A DNA stretch of 46,836 nucleotides. Source: a virus. The stretch's first letter is position 1, and every line of letters begins with the position of its first letter. The position numbers and the translations under genes are program-made. Of this stretch, positions 45,025 to 46,836 are shown one piece after another. The stretch spans positions 1 through 46,836 of IMG/VR virus record IMGVR_UViG_3300027123_000194, one strand, 5' to 3'. The notes under the pieces are model-generated. The model was given only the letters and a program-made list of their open reading frames with translations. It was not told where the DNA came from and searched no databases.

Positions 45025-45096
45025 GATTGTTGTGGTAAAGTGGTAATATGCCCGGTTGGCCGCTGGGAGGCGATGGTTCGATTCCATCCAACAATC
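45025..45096 (+). tRNA. tRNA, anticodon GGC (Ala codons) with G-1:C73-type 8-bp acceptor
   Basis: GATTGTTG/CAACAATC, CCCGG-TTGGCCG-CTGGG, T arm GATGG-TTCGATT-CCATC. Confidence 0.7.
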
Positions 45097-45137
45097 CCGA
45101 TTTTGGCGCTGGTATACCGCATTGTGTATACCACTTT

Positions 45138-45210
45138 GGGGCTATAGTTCAGTTGATAGAACGTCGCACTTGCAATGCGAAGGTCGTCGGTTTGAGTCCG
45201 ACTCGCTCCA
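45138..45210 (+). tRNA. tRNA-Ala(TGC) copy 3, G3:U70, T-loop TTTGAGT
   Basis: GGGGCTA/TCGCTCC with one mismatch, TCGCA-CTTGCAA-TGCGA. Confidence 0.85.
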
Positions 45211-45222
45211 CCGGAGTTAATT

Positions 45223-45384
45223 ATGCAAATATATATTTCGAAAAATTTGGTTGAAAAGGAAATAAACTCTTTTTTGGAAAGCTTTAAAAAGTTTGAAAAT
45301 TTTAATGAAAGGCGTGACGAACAACTTCAAGAAATGAAAAAAGAGTTTGACAAATTGAAAAAACAAGTTAATGTGGGTCTATAG
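45223..45384 (+). CDS. small coiled-coil-like peptide, 53 aa, TAG stop inside next tRNA
   Basis: MQIYISKNLVEKEINSFLESFKKFENFNERRDEQLQEMKKEFDKLKKQVNVGL. Confidence 0.5.
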   Translation: MQIYISKNLVEKEINSFLESFKKFENFNERRDEQLQEMKKEFDKLKKQVNVGL

Positions 45385-45462
45385 TTTAATTGGAAAAACA
45401 CCGGCCTCCAAATCCGGGGACAGAAGATGCAAGTGGGAGTTCGAATCTCTCTAGACCTGCCA
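45375..45462 (+). tRNA. tRNA-Trp(CCA) with extended variable region, CCA encoded
   Basis: GGGTCTA/TAGACCT, loop CTCCAAA, G73; variable region ggacagaagatgcaagt. Confidence 0.85.
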
Positions 45463-45468
45463 GTTTTT

Positions 45469-45544
45469 AGGTTGTTAGTATAACGGTTATTATTCTGGCC
45501 TCCAAAGCCATGAGATTGCGGTTCGAATCCGTAGCGACCTGCCA
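45469..45544 (+). tRNA. tRNA-Trp(CCA) copy 2, CCA encoded
   Basis: AGGTTGT/GCGACCT, loop CTCCAAA, G73. Confidence 0.9.
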
Positions 45545-45575
45545 AATGCTGATATAACATTTTAAGTATATTAAT

Positions 45576-45646
45576 AGAGAATTGGTGTAAGCGCACACGC
45601 TCCGGGCCTAATGGAGTGGGTTGAGGTTCAAGTCCTTGGTTCTCTG
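45576..45646 (+). tRNA. atypical tRNA, nominal anticodon CCT (Arg)
   Basis: AGAGAAT/GTTCTCT, D arm GTGT/ACAC with 6-nt loop, CTCCG-GGCCTAA-TGGAG (no U33), TTCAAGT T-loop. Confidence 0.55.
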
Positions 45647-45690
45647 CCGTTGCTAATGGTGTATCATAGTTAAAATATGATATTCCTCCA

Positions 45691-45750
45691 ATACGTGTGG
45701 ACTGAATGGTTGAGGCAGCGGTCTGCAAAACCGCTTTATGTGGGTTCGAG
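45691..45750 (+). pseudogene. truncated tRNA-Cys(GCA) 5' part
   Basis: GCGGT-CTGCAAA-ACCGC and GTGGG-TTCGAG present; 3' T stem and acceptor absent. Confidence 0.7.
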
Positions 45751-45778
45751 ATTAATAAATAGTTCATGGAGATTAAAC

Positions 45779-46582
45779 ATGAACTATAAAAACATATACA
45801 ATGATATTATTGAAAAAAGAAAAGAAAACATACCAACAGGTTATACCGAAGAACATCATATAATACCTCGTTGTTTAGGTGGTACAGATGATAAAGATAA
45901 TTTAGTTAAATTAACGGCTAAAGAACATTTTATCTGTCATTTGTTATTAACAAAAATGTATGAATATGGAACAATTGAATATTACAAAATGTGCAATGCT
46001 TTTTTGATGATGCTTGTTACTAGTAAAGATCATCAAAATAATAGATATATTACTTCTAGAAAATATGAAAAATTAAAAGTTTCTTTTTCAGAAAGAATGT
46101 CGTTATTACAAAGCGGTAAAAACAATTCACAGCATGGTACAATTTGGGCTAGTAATAAAAAATTAAAAAAGTGTAAAAAAATTTCTAATATAAGCGATTT
46201 GAAAGATGGTTGGGTAAAAGGTAGGATAACTGATTGGTCTGTTGATTATGATCAATTATATTATCAATATAAATTTTATGGTTGGCAATCAATATTAGAT
46301 AATGGTTATAGTGGAAATAAACAGAATCTTTATAAAAACTTTAAAATATTGTTCGATGATTTCGATTGGAAAGAATGCAAAGATCATAAAGAATCAATAT
46401 TAAAAAGAAAAGAAATTAAAAAGTTAGAGAATAATAAAGTTTTTATTAAAAATAAACTTTATTATTCTGAACTGCGTGGTATATTTTTAAAATCACAAAA
46501 TTTTAAAGAGTTTTGTGTCAAGAGTGGGTATAATAAATCAGAGAGAACTTTATATTATTCTTTTAAAAAATATTGCGCATAG
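45779..46582 (+). CDS. HNH homing-type endonuclease
   Basis: PTGYTEEHHIIPRCLGGTDDKDNLVKLTAKEHFICHLLL. Confidence 0.88.
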   Translation: MNYKNIYNDIIEKRKENIPTGYTEEHHIIPRCLGGTDDKDNLVKLTAKEHFICHLLLTKMYEYGTIEYYKMCNAFLMMLVTSKDHQNNRYITSRKYEKLKVSFSERMSLLQSGKNNSQHGTIWASNKKLKKCKKISNISDLKDGWVKGRITDWSVDYDQLYYQYKFYGWQSILDNGYSGNKQNLYKNFKILFDDFDWKECKDHKESILKRKEIKKLENNKVFIKNKLYYSELRGIFLKSQNFKEFCVKSGYNKSERTLYYSFKKYCA

Positions 46583-46654
46583 TGTTTTTTGTATTTGGTT
46601 TGTGCACGGACTAAAATACAGTATGAAATTAGCTACTTCATATTATAAACACCC

Positions 46655-46725
46655 GCTCAAATAGTATAGAGGTAAGTACAGCCCCATTTCGGGGGAAAAC
46701 GAAGGTTCGAATCCTTCTTTGGGCA
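46655..46725 (+). tRNA. tRNA, probable Glu(TTC)
   Basis: GCTCAAA/TTTGGGC, CCCC-rich anticodon stem, GAAGG-TTCGAAT-CCTTC. Confidence 0.65.
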
Positions 46726-46735
46726 TCAAATTTAT

Positions 46736-46826
46736 GGAAGTACAACCCGAAAGCTGGCGACGGGAACTGTCTTGAAAACAGTCGAGTGTAAAAGCCTTGT
46801 CGGTTCGACCCCGACTGCTTCCGCCA
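46736..46826 (+). tRNA. tRNA-Ser(TGA), class II variable arm, CCA encoded
   Basis: GGAAGTA/TGCTTCC, ACTGT-CTTGAAA-ACAGT, G73. Confidence 0.92.
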
Positions 46827-46836
46827 AAATTAATTA

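Noticed and set aside
43940-45767. Minus-strand and plus-strand ORFs across the tRNA cluster (for example 43940..44245, 45327..45767)
   Set aside because: They are translations through tRNA genes, not proteins.
45677-45778. N-terminal extension of the HNH ORF in the ORF track
   Set aside because: It is translation of the tRNA-Cys fragment; the likely start is ATG 45779.
1-46836. Genome-wide UAG reassignment (alternative code)
   Set aside because: Core genes mostly end in UAA/UGA without in-frame UAG, and some ORFs end sensibly at UAG (for example within a terminator hairpin at 149-151), so full reassignment is not supported in this window; partial suppression remains open.

Overview
The window is the accessory-to-core junction of a T4-like (gp43/gp44/gp45/gp62/gp41/UvsX/gp47/gp55-encoding) myovirus-type genome. 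About 0-18.9 kb is a dense field of small, mostly unrecognisable early-type genes. Many have their own strong sigma70-like promoter with a conserved initial-transcribed motif (TATAATGANCACATCAAGA). This part also holds two tRNA genes on the minus strand (Met CAT, and a clean amber-suppressor-type CTA) and a tandem pair of putative ADP-ribosyltransferase-like genes. About 18.9-19.6 kb is an AT-rich noncoding region with internally repeated blocks. About 19.6-27 kb carries a fibre-like structural gene, a BCS1-like AAA ATPase module, a Zn-ribbon+NADAR gene and a tyrosyl-tRNA synthetase. About 27.3-42.3 kb is the replication/late-sigma core; a five-gene cassette that includes a truncated class II aaRS-like gene separates genes 44 and 62. 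About 43.7-46.8 kb is a redundant tRNA cluster with several structurally aberrant members, preceded by a promoter-driven 34-aa peptide gene and interrupted by an HNH endonuclease gene. The main leads are the CUA tRNA together with phage aaRSs, the aberrant and duplicated tRNAs, the ADP-ribosylation-type genes near NADAR, the KxDG nucleotidyltransferase-like/nuclease-like pair, a degenerate DexA-like gene, a promoter-driven structured RNA candidate near 27.1 kb, and a repeated promoter-proximal element in the early region. All calls are from reading the sequence; no database search was run.
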